From assembly GCA_963830455.1 (NCBI GenBank), contig CAWHMT010000004.1, positions 434,644 through 498,643 of the forward strand: a stretch of DNA of 64,000 nt, written 5' to 3'. The notes beneath the pieces were generated by a model. It saw nothing but the letters and a program-made list of their open reading frames with translations. It had not been told where the DNA came from and did no database searches. A program made the position numbers and the translations under genes. Shown piece by piece: positions 17,551-26,318 of this stretch. Source of the stretch: an uncultured Gemmatimonadales bacterium (GTDB taxonomy: Bacteria; Gemmatimonadota; Gemmatimonadetes; Gemmatimonadales; GWC2-71-9). Position 1 is the stretch's first letter, and the number at the start of each line of letters is the position of its first letter.

Positions 17551-18888
17551 TCAGTTCTCTCGAATCCTGCGCCCGGGGATGTTCTGCCCGTTCTGGTGCA
17601 GCGTCATGCCGTCGCGCGAGAACGTGATCTGCGCGTCGACGACGCGCAGGAAAAACGTCGAGTCGGACTCAGCGAAGATCGGGAAGCGCGGCTGGGCCGT
17701 CGCCTGGACGAACAGCCGCGCGGCTTCCCTCGTCACAACGACATGGAACGCGGGCGCCAGCTCGTACTCGCCGACGTAGCGCATCAGCACCGTCGAATCC
17801 ACGGCCACCTCGATGCGCCGCGTGGGAAGCGGACGCAGCGGGAACGTCTCATCCAGGAGATGAAAACCGATGTCATCGACACTCGCGTCGAAGTTGGACA
17901 GGACCACGACGCCTAACGCCCGCACCGGATCAAAGCCTGTGAATGAGCGGTAGCCGCCCGTCCCGCCGTTGTGCCACACGATGGTGCCGACCGGCCGCGC
18001 CAGAATGTGCCACCCGAGCCCGACCTTCATGCTCGGGTTATTGGTGGCGTGGCGCTCGCCGTGCGTGCGCCTGAGCGTCGGGGACAGCGGCGTCGCGCCG
18101 GAGTCGAGATTCGCCGCAATAAACGTCAGCATGTCGTTCACCGTCGACCGCAGCGCTCCCGCTCCCGCCAGCGTCGGCAGATCCCAGTTGGGCACCACTC
18201 GACCCTCGGCGTCGTGCCCGGGCGCGAGCCGCGCGCGCAGCGCCGGCGTCAGCGTGATCGCCGTTTCGCGCATGCCGAGCGGTGTGAGGATGCGCCCGCG
18301 CAGGAGCTCCTCGTAGCTCGCGCGCCCTTTCAGGGCCAGCGCGTGTCCAAGCAGTCCCATGCCGAGGTTCGAGTACTCGTATTCCGCGCCCACGTCCCGG
18401 GTGAGCTGATAGCCCGACAGAAACGTGTACAGCTGTTGCACGCTGTAGTCGGCATACGGATTCATCGTATCGCGCGGCGTGAGGTTCGAGGGCATGCGCG
18501 GCAGGCCGGAGGACTGGGTGGCCAGATCGAGCAGCGTGATCTCGCGGTCGTTGCGCGACGGCACTTTTACCGATCGTGGCAGGTACTGCGAGACCGCGTC
18601 GCCGAGCCGGACTTCCCCCCGGTCCACCATGTCCTGAAGCAGCGACGTGGTGAACACCTTGGTGATCGAGCCGATCTCGAACACGCCCGCAGAGTCCACT
18701 CCGGCGGCGATGATGCGCCGGGTGCCGGTCGCATCGAGCAAGCCGACGGCGATCCCCGCGCCGTGTTTGCCGGTGTCGGGCAGTGACGCGACGCGGGGCA
18801 GGAGCAACGCACGAACGGTCGAGTCGGCGGGCAGCAATGGCTGTTGCTGCAGCGTGACGGCGAGCGCGAACGCACGGAATAGGATCAT
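17551..18888 (-). CDS. Serine hydrolase, class C beta-lactamase/PBP family
   Basis: SxxK motif in FEIGSITKVFTT. YSN-like YEYSNLG. 445 aa with signal peptide. Confidence 0.85.
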   Translation of the reverse strand: MILFRAFALAVTLQQQPLLPADSTVRALLLPRVASLPDTGKHGAGIAVGLLDATGTRRIIAAGVDSAGVFEIGSITKVFTTSLLQDMVDRGEVRLGDAVSQYLPRSVKVPSRNDREITLLDLATQSSGLPRMPSNLTPRDTMNPYADYSVQQLYTFLSGYQLTRDVGAEYEYSNLGMGLLGHALALKGRASYEELLRGRILTPLGMRETAITLTPALRARLAPGHDAEGRVVPNWDLPTLAGAGALRSTVNDMLTFIAANLDSGATPLSPTLRRTHGERHATNNPSMKVGLGWHILARPVGTIVWHNGGTGGYRSFTGFDPVRALGVVVLSNFDASVDDIGFHLLDETFPLRPLPTRRIEVAVDSTVLMRYVGEYELAPAFHVVVTREAARLFVQATAQPRFPIFAESDSTFFLRVVDAQITFSRDGMTLHQNGQNIPGRRIREN

Positions 18889-18917
18889 CCGCTCGAATTT
18901 AGTATCTTCTCGCCGTC

Positions 18918-20657
18918 GTGCTCGTCCCCAAATTTTTCACCACCATCCAGGATTACAACCGGGAGCAGCTCACCCGGGACGTGATCGCGGGCGTCATCGT
19001 CGGCATCGTGGCGCTGCCGCTCGCCATCGCCTTCGCGATCGCCAGCGGGCTCAGTCCCGAGCGCGGACTCTACACCGCCATCGTCGCCGGCTTTCTCATT
19101 TCGCTGCTCGGCGGTTCACGTGTACAGATCGGCGGCCCGACGGGCGCGTTCGTGGTGATCGTCGCCGGCATCGTACACCAGCACGGGGTGGACGGCCTGC
19201 TCGTCGCGACATTGATGGCGGGCGCGATTCTCGTCGTGTTCGGCCTGGTGCGGCTTGGCGCCGCGATCAAGTTCATCCCGTTCCCGGTGACAATCGGGTT
19301 CACCAGTGGGATCGCGCTCATCATTTTTTCGAGCCAGGTAAAGGATCTGCTGGGCCTCGAGATGGGCCAGGCGCCCGCCGAGTTCCTCGCCAAGTGGGAC
19401 GCCTACGCCCGGGCGTTCGACTCGATGAACCCGTGGGCGTTCGCCGTCGCTGCGCTGGCCTTCACGATCATTCTTGTCTGGCCAAAGATCGAGCGCCGCA
19501 TCCCGGGGCCGTTCGTCGCACTGATCGTCACGACGGTGGTCGTGCAGGTGTTCCACGTGCCCGTCGAGACGATCGGCGCGCGGTTCGGGGTCATCCACGC
19601 GGGTCTGCCGCGGCCGTCGCTGCCGACGTTGACCATGCCGCTCATCACGTCGCTTGCAGGCCCCGCATTCACGATCGCGATGCTGGGGGCGATCGAGTCA
19701 CTGCTCTCGGCGGTCGTGGCCGATGGCATGATCGGCGGGCGGCACCGGTCCAACATGGAGCTGGTGGCGCAGGGCGTGGCGAACCTCGCGTCGCCGCTGT
19801 TCGGCGGCATGCCGGCGACCGGCGCCATCGCGCGCACGGCGACGAACGTGAAGAACGGCGGACGCACACCGGTCGCGGGAATCGTGCACGCCATCACGCT
19901 GCTCCTGATCACGCTGTTTTTCGGCCGCTGGGCGGGTCTCATCCCGCTGGCCACGCTCGCCGCGATCCTCGTCGTCGTGGCGTTCCACATGAGCGAATGG
20001 CGGACGTTCGTGTCGGAATTCCGCGCGCCCAAGAGCGACGTCGCGGTGCTGCTGACGACGTTTCTGCTCACGGTACTCGTGGACCTTACGGTCGCCATCG
20101 AGGTCGGCATGGTGCTCGCCGCCTTCCTCTTTATGCGCCGGATGGCGGAGGTCACGAACATCAAGGTCCTCACGCACGAGTTCGAGGACCCAACGGACGA
20201 CTTCGAGCACGACCCCAACGCCGTGCAACGGCGCGTGGTGCCGGAGGGCGTTCAGGTCTACGAGATCACGGGACCATTCTTCTTCGGCGCCGCCGAGATG
20301 TTCAAGGACCGGGTGACCCGCATTGCAGGCAAACCGAAGGTGCTGATTCTCCGGATGCGGCACGTGCCGGCGATGGATTCGACCGGGCTGCACGCATTGC
20401 GCGATGTCGTACGGCGTAGCCGCAACGAGGGGTCGCTCGTCATCCTGTCGGACGTGCACGCGCAGCCGGTCGTGGCCCTCGAGCGCTCGGGGACATACGA
20501 TGAGCTGGGCGAGGAAAACATCCATGGGAACATCGACGACGCCTTGAACCGCGCTCGGGAGCACCTCGGCCTGCCCCGGATGCCGCGGCCCGGCTTCGCC
20601 ACGCCCACGGTGGCGCGGGAGACGTCCCCCCCGACGGGGACGCCAGCGATGCCATAA
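18918..20657 (+). CDS. SulP-family anion permease with C-terminal STAS domain
   Basis: N-terminal ...DVIAGVIVGIVALPLAIAFAIASG, multiple TMs, STAS (VYEITGPFFFGAAEMF...LILRMRHVPAMDSTGLHAL). Confidence 0.9.
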   Translation: MLVPKFFTTIQDYNREQLTRDVIAGVIVGIVALPLAIAFAIASGLSPERGLYTAIVAGFLISLLGGSRVQIGGPTGAFVVIVAGIVHQHGVDGLLVATLMAGAILVVFGLVRLGAAIKFIPFPVTIGFTSGIALIIFSSQVKDLLGLEMGQAPAEFLAKWDAYARAFDSMNPWAFAVAALAFTIILVWPKIERRIPGPFVALIVTTVVVQVFHVPVETIGARFGVIHAGLPRPSLPTLTMPLITSLAGPAFTIAMLGAIESLLSAVVADGMIGGRHRSNMELVAQGVANLASPLFGGMPATGAIARTATNVKNGGRTPVAGIVHAITLLLITLFFGRWAGLIPLATLAAILVVVAFHMSEWRTFVSEFRAPKSDVAVLLTTFLLTVLVDLTVAIEVGMVLAAFLFMRRMAEVTNIKVLTHEFEDPTDDFEHDPNAVQRRVVPEGVQVYEITGPFFFGAAEMFKDRVTRIAGKPKVLILRMRHVPAMDSTGLHALRDVVRRSRNEGSLVILSDVHAQPVVALERSGTYDELGEENIHGNIDDALNRAREHLGLPRMPRPGFATPTVARETSPPTGTPAMP

Positions 20658-21358
20658 TGCAGCTGACCGTGCGCGAGGCGGCATCGTACCTGCGGGTCGA
20701 CGAGGCCACGGTGCGGCGCTGGATCGCCCGCCGCGCCCTTCCCGTCCATCGTGCCAACGAGCGGCTCTATCTGAACGCGATCGAGCTGTGGGAGTGGGCG
20801 ACAGAGAATGGGATCCCGGTCTCGCGCGCCCTGCTCGAGCAGGCGCAGCGCCGACCGGACCAGGTGCCGCCGCTATCAGCCCTGCTGCTCGTCGGCGGCA
20901 TTCATCATGACGTGGGCGGCAGCGATAAGCCCGGTGTGCTGCGCGAGATCGTTCAGCACCTCCCGCTGCCGGACGATGTCGATCGTGAGTTCCTGGTGAC
21001 GACGCTCGAGGCGCGGGAGGCGATGGGCTCCACGGGCATCGGGGACGGCATCGCCATCCCCCATGTGCGCAACCCTATCCTGCTGCACGTCACCGCTCCT
21101 TTCGTCACGCTGTGCTTGCTGCGGCACCCCGTGGACTTCGGCGCGCTGGATGGGCAGCCCGTCCACGCGTTGTTTACCGTGATCAGCGCCAACGTCCCTG
21201 GCCACCTCCGCATTCTCGGCCAGCTCGGCTTCGCCCTGCACGATGACGAGCTGCGACGCCTGCTGAGTCGCCGAGCGCCCGCGGCCGACATCCTCACGCG
21301 CGTACAAGCGGTCGAGGGGCGCGCCAGCGGCGTGCACCCGTCCCCCGCCGTCGAGTGA
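20657..21358 (+). CDS. Excisionase-type HTH fused to a PTS EIIA type-2 (PtsN-like) domain
   Basis: LTVREAASYLRVDEATVRRWI (HTH_17-like), then an EIIA-2 core with the phospho-His motif GDGIAIPHV. The start shares one nt with the sulP stop (TAATG). Confidence 0.8.
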   Translation: MQLTVREAASYLRVDEATVRRWIARRALPVHRANERLYLNAIELWEWATENGIPVSRALLEQAQRRPDQVPPLSALLLVGGIHHDVGGSDKPGVLREIVQHLPLPDDVDREFLVTTLEAREAMGSTGIGDGIAIPHVRNPILLHVTAPFVTLCLLRHPVDFGALDGQPVHALFTVISANVPGHLRILGQLGFALHDDELRRLLSRRAPAADILTRVQAVEGRASGVHPSPAVE

Positions 21359-21368
21359 GGAGGCGCCC

Positions 21369-23318
21369 GTGACGCTGGTCGCGCTCGGCTTGGCGCTGAT
21401 CGTGCTGGCCGGCTTGACCGCGGCCGTGCTGGCGCGGCGTCCGGCCGTGGGCGAGATGGTGTTCCGCATTCTGTTCGGCGCAGGGTGCACCCTGGGCGCG
21501 CTCCCGGCGCTGGCCGTGCTGGCGGGGAACACGGTGCCTGACGTGGGCCTGGCGTCGGCGACGCCGTTCGGGCCGTGGGTGTTCGGCCTCGACGCGCTCT
21601 CTGCCGTGTTCCTGTTGGCGGTGTTGAGCGTGGGCGCCGCCTGCGCGTTCTACGGATTGGCGTATCTCGCGCACGAGCGGACCCACCGCGCCGTTGGCGT
21701 CGCGCACTTGCTGCTGGCGGTGCTGGTCGCCACTCTCGCCCTCGTCGTGGTCGCGCGCGCCGCGCTGCCCTTCCTCATCGCCTGGGAAGGGATGGCGGTC
21801 GCGGCGTACTTGCTGGTGGTGTTCGAGCACGAGCGCCGCGAGGTGCGCCGCGCCGGCGGGATCTACGTGGTGGCCACGCACGTGGGGACGTTGCTCTTGT
21901 TCGCGCTGTTTGCGATCTGGGCGGGCGGCGGCAGTGATCTCAGCTTTGCGGCGCTGGCGGCGCATCCGCCATTCTCGGCGGGCCGGGGCGCGATGATCCT
22001 GGTCGTGGCGCTGATCGCGTTCGGGCTCAAAGCAGGCGCCGTCCCTTTCCACTTCTGGTTGCCCGAGGCCCATGCCGCGGCGCCGGCGCACGTTTCGGCC
22101 CTGATGTCAGGAGTCGTCATCAAGATGGGGATCTATGGGCTGCTGCGCACGATCGTCCTCTTCGGGACGCCGCCGCCCTGGTGGGGTTGGGTGCTGCTTG
22201 CGCTCGGAGCGGTCTCCGGGATCCTGGGGGTCGTGTGGGCCCTCGCGCAGCATGATGTCAAGCGGCTGCTCGCGTTCCACAGCGTGGAGAACATCGGGAT
22301 CATCCTGCTCGGCGTCGGGGCTGGCGCTCTGGGTGTCACGTACGGGCACCCGCTGATCGCCGTACTCGGCTTCGCCGGTGCCGCATTGCACACACTCAAT
22401 CACGCGCTCTTCAAGAGCCTCCTCTTTCTCGGCGCGGGGTCCGTGATCCACGCGACCGGCACCAGGGAGATTGACCGTCTCGGCGGGCTCGCGCCACGCA
22501 TGCCTTGGACCGCGGCCACATTCCTCGTCGGCTCGGCGGCCATCGTCGGGCTCCCCCCGCTCAACGGGTTCGTCAGTGAATGGGTGGTTTTCCAGGCCCT
22601 GCTCCGCGGGGCAAGCGCAGGGGGCGCGGTGCAGTTGGCGGGGCTGGCGGCCGTGGTCCTGGCGTTCATCGGGGCGCTGGCGCTTGCCTGTTTCGCAAAA
22701 GTGGTAGGAGTCTTGTATTTGGGGACGCCGCGACACGCCCTGGCGACGGAGCCGCGGGAGGCGACGCCGGCGATGATCCGGCCGCTCGTCGGCCTGGCCG
22801 CCGGGTGCGTCGTGATCGGGCTCCTCCCGATCGCGGTCGTGCCAGCGGCGCTCCGGGTCGGGTCGCTCGTCGCGGGCATGTCTCTCCAGGCGGATGTCGC
22901 CGCTGGCCCCGCGACCGCTTTTACTGTCGGGCTCGCGCTGAGTCTGCTGGTGGCATGGGGGCTATACGTCGGGCTCGGTCACCGGCGTCAACGGCTCGAG
23001 GCAGCGACCTGGGGCTGCGGGTATCCGGCGCCGACGCCTCGCATGGCGTACACAGCGAGCTCATTCGCGGCCCCACTACTTGACGTCTTTCGGTCGTTCT
23101 CGGGCGTCCATACACGCCGCACGGCCGACGCATTTTCCACCCACGCGATCGACCCCGTCCTGGACAGCGTCCTGCTTCCCGCCTGGCGCGGCGCCCGCGG
23201 GGCGGCGGCGTGGGTGCGCCGAGTGCAGCGCGGCGGGTTGTCGCGCTACCTGCTGCTCATTGGCGCCGCCGTCGTCGCGTCGCTGCTCTACCTCCTCGTG
23301 GCTGGGCGGAATCCGTGA
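21369..23318 (+). CDS. NuoL/HyfB/MnhA-like proton-conducting antiporter subunit
   Basis: 649-aa polytopic protein with WLPEAHAAAPAHVSALMSGVVIKMG and FHSVENIGIILLG motifs of the Proton_antipo_M family. Confidence 0.85.
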   Translation: MTLVALGLALIVLAGLTAAVLARRPAVGEMVFRILFGAGCTLGALPALAVLAGNTVPDVGLASATPFGPWVFGLDALSAVFLLAVLSVGAACAFYGLAYLAHERTHRAVGVAHLLLAVLVATLALVVVARAALPFLIAWEGMAVAAYLLVVFEHERREVRRAGGIYVVATHVGTLLLFALFAIWAGGGSDLSFAALAAHPPFSAGRGAMILVVALIAFGLKAGAVPFHFWLPEAHAAAPAHVSALMSGVVIKMGIYGLLRTIVLFGTPPPWWGWVLLALGAVSGILGVVWALAQHDVKRLLAFHSVENIGIILLGVGAGALGVTYGHPLIAVLGFAGAALHTLNHALFKSLLFLGAGSVIHATGTREIDRLGGLAPRMPWTAATFLVGSAAIVGLPPLNGFVSEWVVFQALLRGASAGGAVQLAGLAAVVLAFIGALALACFAKVVGVLYLGTPRHALATEPREATPAMIRPLVGLAAGCVVIGLLPIAVVPAALRVGSLVAGMSLQADVAAGPATAFTVGLALSLLVAWGLYVGLGHRRQRLEAATWGCGYPAPTPRMAYTASSFAAPLLDVFRSFSGVHTRRTADAFSTHAIDPVLDSVLLPAWRGARGAAAWVRRVQRGGLSRYLLLIGAAVVASLLYLLVAGRNP

Positions 23319-24226
23319 GCGGGGCAGGACTGATTGGCGTGGGCATCTTGGGGGCTGTTGCCCCGGCGATGCCGGGAATCGCCGCGAAGACCAAGTCGCT
23401 GCTGACGGGGCGGCGCGGCCCGCCCGTGCTCCAGCTCTACGCCGATCTCGGAAAGCTGCTGCGCAAAGGCAGCGTCTACAGTCGCACGACGACGTGGGTG
23501 TTCCGCGCTGGCCCGGTCGTCGTGCTGGTCACGCTCGCCGTGGCGGTGCTGCTCCTCCCGCTCGACGGGCGCGAGGCACCCGCTCGCTTCACCGGCGATC
23601 TGGTGGCGTTCGCCGGGTTACTGGCGCTCGGGCGATTCGCGCTGGTGCTGGCGGGGCTGGATACGGGGTCGAGCTTCGAGGGGCTCGGGGCGAGTCGCGA
23701 GGTCACGATCGCGAGCTTCGCCGAGCCCACGCTGTTCCTCTGCTTCATCGCGCTGGTGCTCGCGACGGGGGATCTCTCGCTCAGTGGGATGCTGGGGACA
23801 CCGCTGGCCGCAGCGTGGCCTCGCGCGGGTGCATCGCTGAGTCTGGTGGGCATCAGTCTCTTCGTTCTGCTGTTGGCCGAGAACTCGCGCGTGCCGGTCG
23901 ATGATCCCGCGACGCACCTCGAATTGACCATGATCCACGAGGTGATCGTGCTCGACCACGGCGGACCGGACCTCGCCCTGATCCTCTATAGTAGCGCGCT
24001 GAAGCTTGCGCTGTTCGGGGTGTTGGTGGTGGCGGTCTTTGTGCCTCGTGCGGGGTTCGGGGGGCCGGCGGCGCTGGCCTTGCTGTTCGCGGGGCTCGGC
24101 GTCGTGGCCGTGGCGGTCGGAGTGGTGGAGTCGATCATGGCGCGGCTCCGGTTGGCCCGCGTGCCACAGCTGCTGGTTGGGGCGGGGACCCTGGCGCTGT
24201 TTGCCACGATCCTGCAGCTCGGATGA
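23315..24226 (+). CDS. NuoH/HyfC/HycD-like membrane subunit
   Basis: GTG start in a GTGA overlap. PGIAAKTKSLLTGRRGPPVLQLYADLGKLLRKG... and AENSRVPVDDPATHLELTMIHE are typical HycD/NuoH motifs. Confidence 0.8.
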   Translation: MSGAGLIGVGILGAVAPAMPGIAAKTKSLLTGRRGPPVLQLYADLGKLLRKGSVYSRTTTWVFRAGPVVVLVTLAVAVLLLPLDGREAPARFTGDLVAFAGLLALGRFALVLAGLDTGSSFEGLGASREVTIASFAEPTLFLCFIALVLATGDLSLSGMLGTPLAAAWPRAGASLSLVGISLFVLLLAENSRVPVDDPATHLELTMIHEVIVLDHGGPDLALILYSSALKLALFGVLVVAVFVPRAGFGGPAALALLFAGLGVVAVAVGVVESIMARLRLARVPQLLVGAGTLALFATILQLG

Positions 24227-24864
24227 CCATGCGCGACGCCGCTCCGATCGTCCTGCTGCTGGTGGTGCTCTCGGATCTCGCGATCCTTGGCACGTCGCGG
24301 CTCAGCAGCTGTATTCGCGGGCTGGCGGCGCAGGGCTTCCTGCTTGGCTTGCTGCCGGTACTGATCGCGCCGCAGCTCTCGGTCCACGCCGTGAGTCTCG
24401 CGGTGGGCACGGTGATCGTGAAAGGCGTGGCGCTGCCGTGGTTCCTCTCGTGGGCGATTCGTGAGGCCGCGGTGCGCCGCGAGATCGAGCCGATCGTCGG
24501 GTTCATCGCGTCCCAACTCCTCGGGGTGCTCGCGGTCGCGCTCGCGTTCGCAATCGCCACCCGCCTTCCCTTGCACACCGTCCAACCGCTGCTGGTGCCA
24601 GTCTCGCTCGCAACGCTGATGATCGGATTCATCGTGCTGACCACCAGACGCAAAGCGCTGGTGCAGGTGGTAGGCTATGTCATCCTCGAGAACGGCGTCT
24701 ATCTCTTCGGCCTGACGCAGACCGAGAGTGTGCCGTTTCTCATCGAGCTGGGAGTGCTACTGGACGTCTTCGTCGGTGTGTTCATCATGGGTATCGTCGT
24801 GTTCCACATCAATCGCGAATTCGATTCGCTCGATGCGACGCGCCTGACGGAGCTGACGGACTGA
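24223..24864 (+). CDS. HyfE-like (NuoK-related) membrane subunit
   Basis: ATGA overlap. ...TTRRKALVQVVGYVILENGVYLFGL... is the HyfE signature. Confidence 0.7.
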   Translation: MTMRDAAPIVLLLVVLSDLAILGTSRLSSCIRGLAAQGFLLGLLPVLIAPQLSVHAVSLAVGTVIVKGVALPWFLSWAIREAAVRREIEPIVGFIASQLLGVLAVALAFAIATRLPLHTVQPLLVPVSLATLMIGFIVLTTRRKALVQVVGYVILENGVYLFGLTQTESVPFLIELGVLLDVFVGVFIMGIVVFHINREFDSLDATRLTELTD

Positions 24865-26318
24865 TGCGCTTGCTCGCGCTGTGCGCGATCCCTCTGGTCA
24901 CGGCGCTGGTGGTGTTGGGCGTGCCGGTCTTCCGGGGACGGCGGGTACCCGTGGCGCTGCTCCTCGTTGTCGCGGCTGCGCACCTGGCACTGGTCATCTC
25001 CCTGTGGATCACGCCCGCGCTTCCCGCGCTCGGCGGGTGGCTGGCCGCCGATCCGCTCGGGCTTGCCGTCCTGACGCTGACCAGTGTGCTGTTCCTGGTC
25101 ACGGCGATCTACATCGTCGGGTACCTGCGGCACGAGGCGCCGCGCAGCGGCCGTGTGTTCGCGGGCGGCCTGCTCGCGTTCCTGGCGGCGGCGTCCGTCG
25201 TAGCACTGTCCCACCACCTGGCGATGCTCTGGGTCGGCATGGAGGCAACGACGCTGTCGGTCGCGCCGCTCGTGTTCCTGCACCGCGACCGCCGCTCGCT
25301 CGAGGCGACGTGGAAGTACCTCGTCGTCTCGTCGGTCGGAATCGCGCTCGCGTTGCTGGGCACCTTCTTCCTTGCGAGCGCGCAGGGCGAGATCGGTCGC
25401 CCGTTACTGCTCCCCGACCTCATCGCGCATGCCCGCGAGCTGCATCCGGCATGGTTGCGCGCCGCCTTCCTGTTTCTCCTGGTCGGCTTCGGCACCAAGA
25501 TGGGCCTCGCTCCGATGCATACGTGGAAGCCCGACACGTACGGAGAAGCACCGAGTCTTGTCAGCGGTCTCATGGCGGGCTCGCTGACGAGCTGCGCGTT
25601 CCTCGGAGTCGCGCGTATCACCGAGGTCCTGGCCGCCGCCGGGCTGGTGTCGTTCGTGCAGCCGGTGCTCATCGCGTTCGGCCTGCTCTCGCTGGTCGTC
25701 GCGGCGACGTTCATCATCGGTCAGCGTGACGTGAAGCGGCTGCTCGCGTACTCGAGCGTGGAGCACATGGGCCTGCTTGTGCTCGGACTGGGGCTGGGCG
25801 GCGTCGGGGCGTACGGCACCATGCTCCACCTCGTCAACAACGGTCTGGCGAAGGGGTGGATGTTTCTGGTCACGGGCAACATTGTGCTCGCCACCGGGAG
25901 CGCGACGGCGGCCGCAAACCGGGGACTGGCCCGCACGCTCCCCGCGTCGGCGACGCTACTTGTGCTGGGCCTGTTCGCCGTCACCGGCTCGCCCCCGTTC
26001 GGGCTCTTCCTCAGCGAATTCACGATTCTGCGGGCGGCCATTGACGGCGGGCACGCGTGGATCGCCGTGATCATCCTCGTGACGCTGGCGGTCATCTTCG
26101 TCGGCATGGCGGCGTTGGTGCTCGGGATCGTACTCGGCACACCTCCCGCTCCCGCCGGCACAGCACGCCGCATCGCTCCGGCGCGAGAGAGCCCGTGGCT
26201 GATCGCGGGGCCCATCGCCTTGGCTGTCATCGTGCTGATGCTTGGCGTCTACCTCCCCGGCCCGCTGCAGGACGTTCTGACGCGTGCGGCACTAGCCCTC
26301 GGCGGACGAGGACCATGA
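24864..26318 (+). CDS. NuoM/N / HyfF-like antiporter subunit
   Basis: 484-aa polytopic protein. GFGTKMGLAPMHTWKPDTYGEAPSLVSGLMAG and AYSSVEHMGLLVLGLG motifs. Confidence 0.85.
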   Translation: MRLLALCAIPLVTALVVLGVPVFRGRRVPVALLLVVAAAHLALVISLWITPALPALGGWLAADPLGLAVLTLTSVLFLVTAIYIVGYLRHEAPRSGRVFAGGLLAFLAAASVVALSHHLAMLWVGMEATTLSVAPLVFLHRDRRSLEATWKYLVVSSVGIALALLGTFFLASAQGEIGRPLLLPDLIAHARELHPAWLRAAFLFLLVGFGTKMGLAPMHTWKPDTYGEAPSLVSGLMAGSLTSCAFLGVARITEVLAAAGLVSFVQPVLIAFGLLSLVVAATFIIGQRDVKRLLAYSSVEHMGLLVLGLGLGGVGAYGTMLHLVNNGLAKGWMFLVTGNIVLATGSATAAANRGLARTLPASATLLVLGLFAVTGSPPFGLFLSEFTILRAAIDGGHAWIAVIILVTLAVIFVGMAALVLGIVLGTPPAPAGTARRIAPARESPWLIAGPIALAVIVLMLGVYLPGPLQDVLTRAALALGGRGP

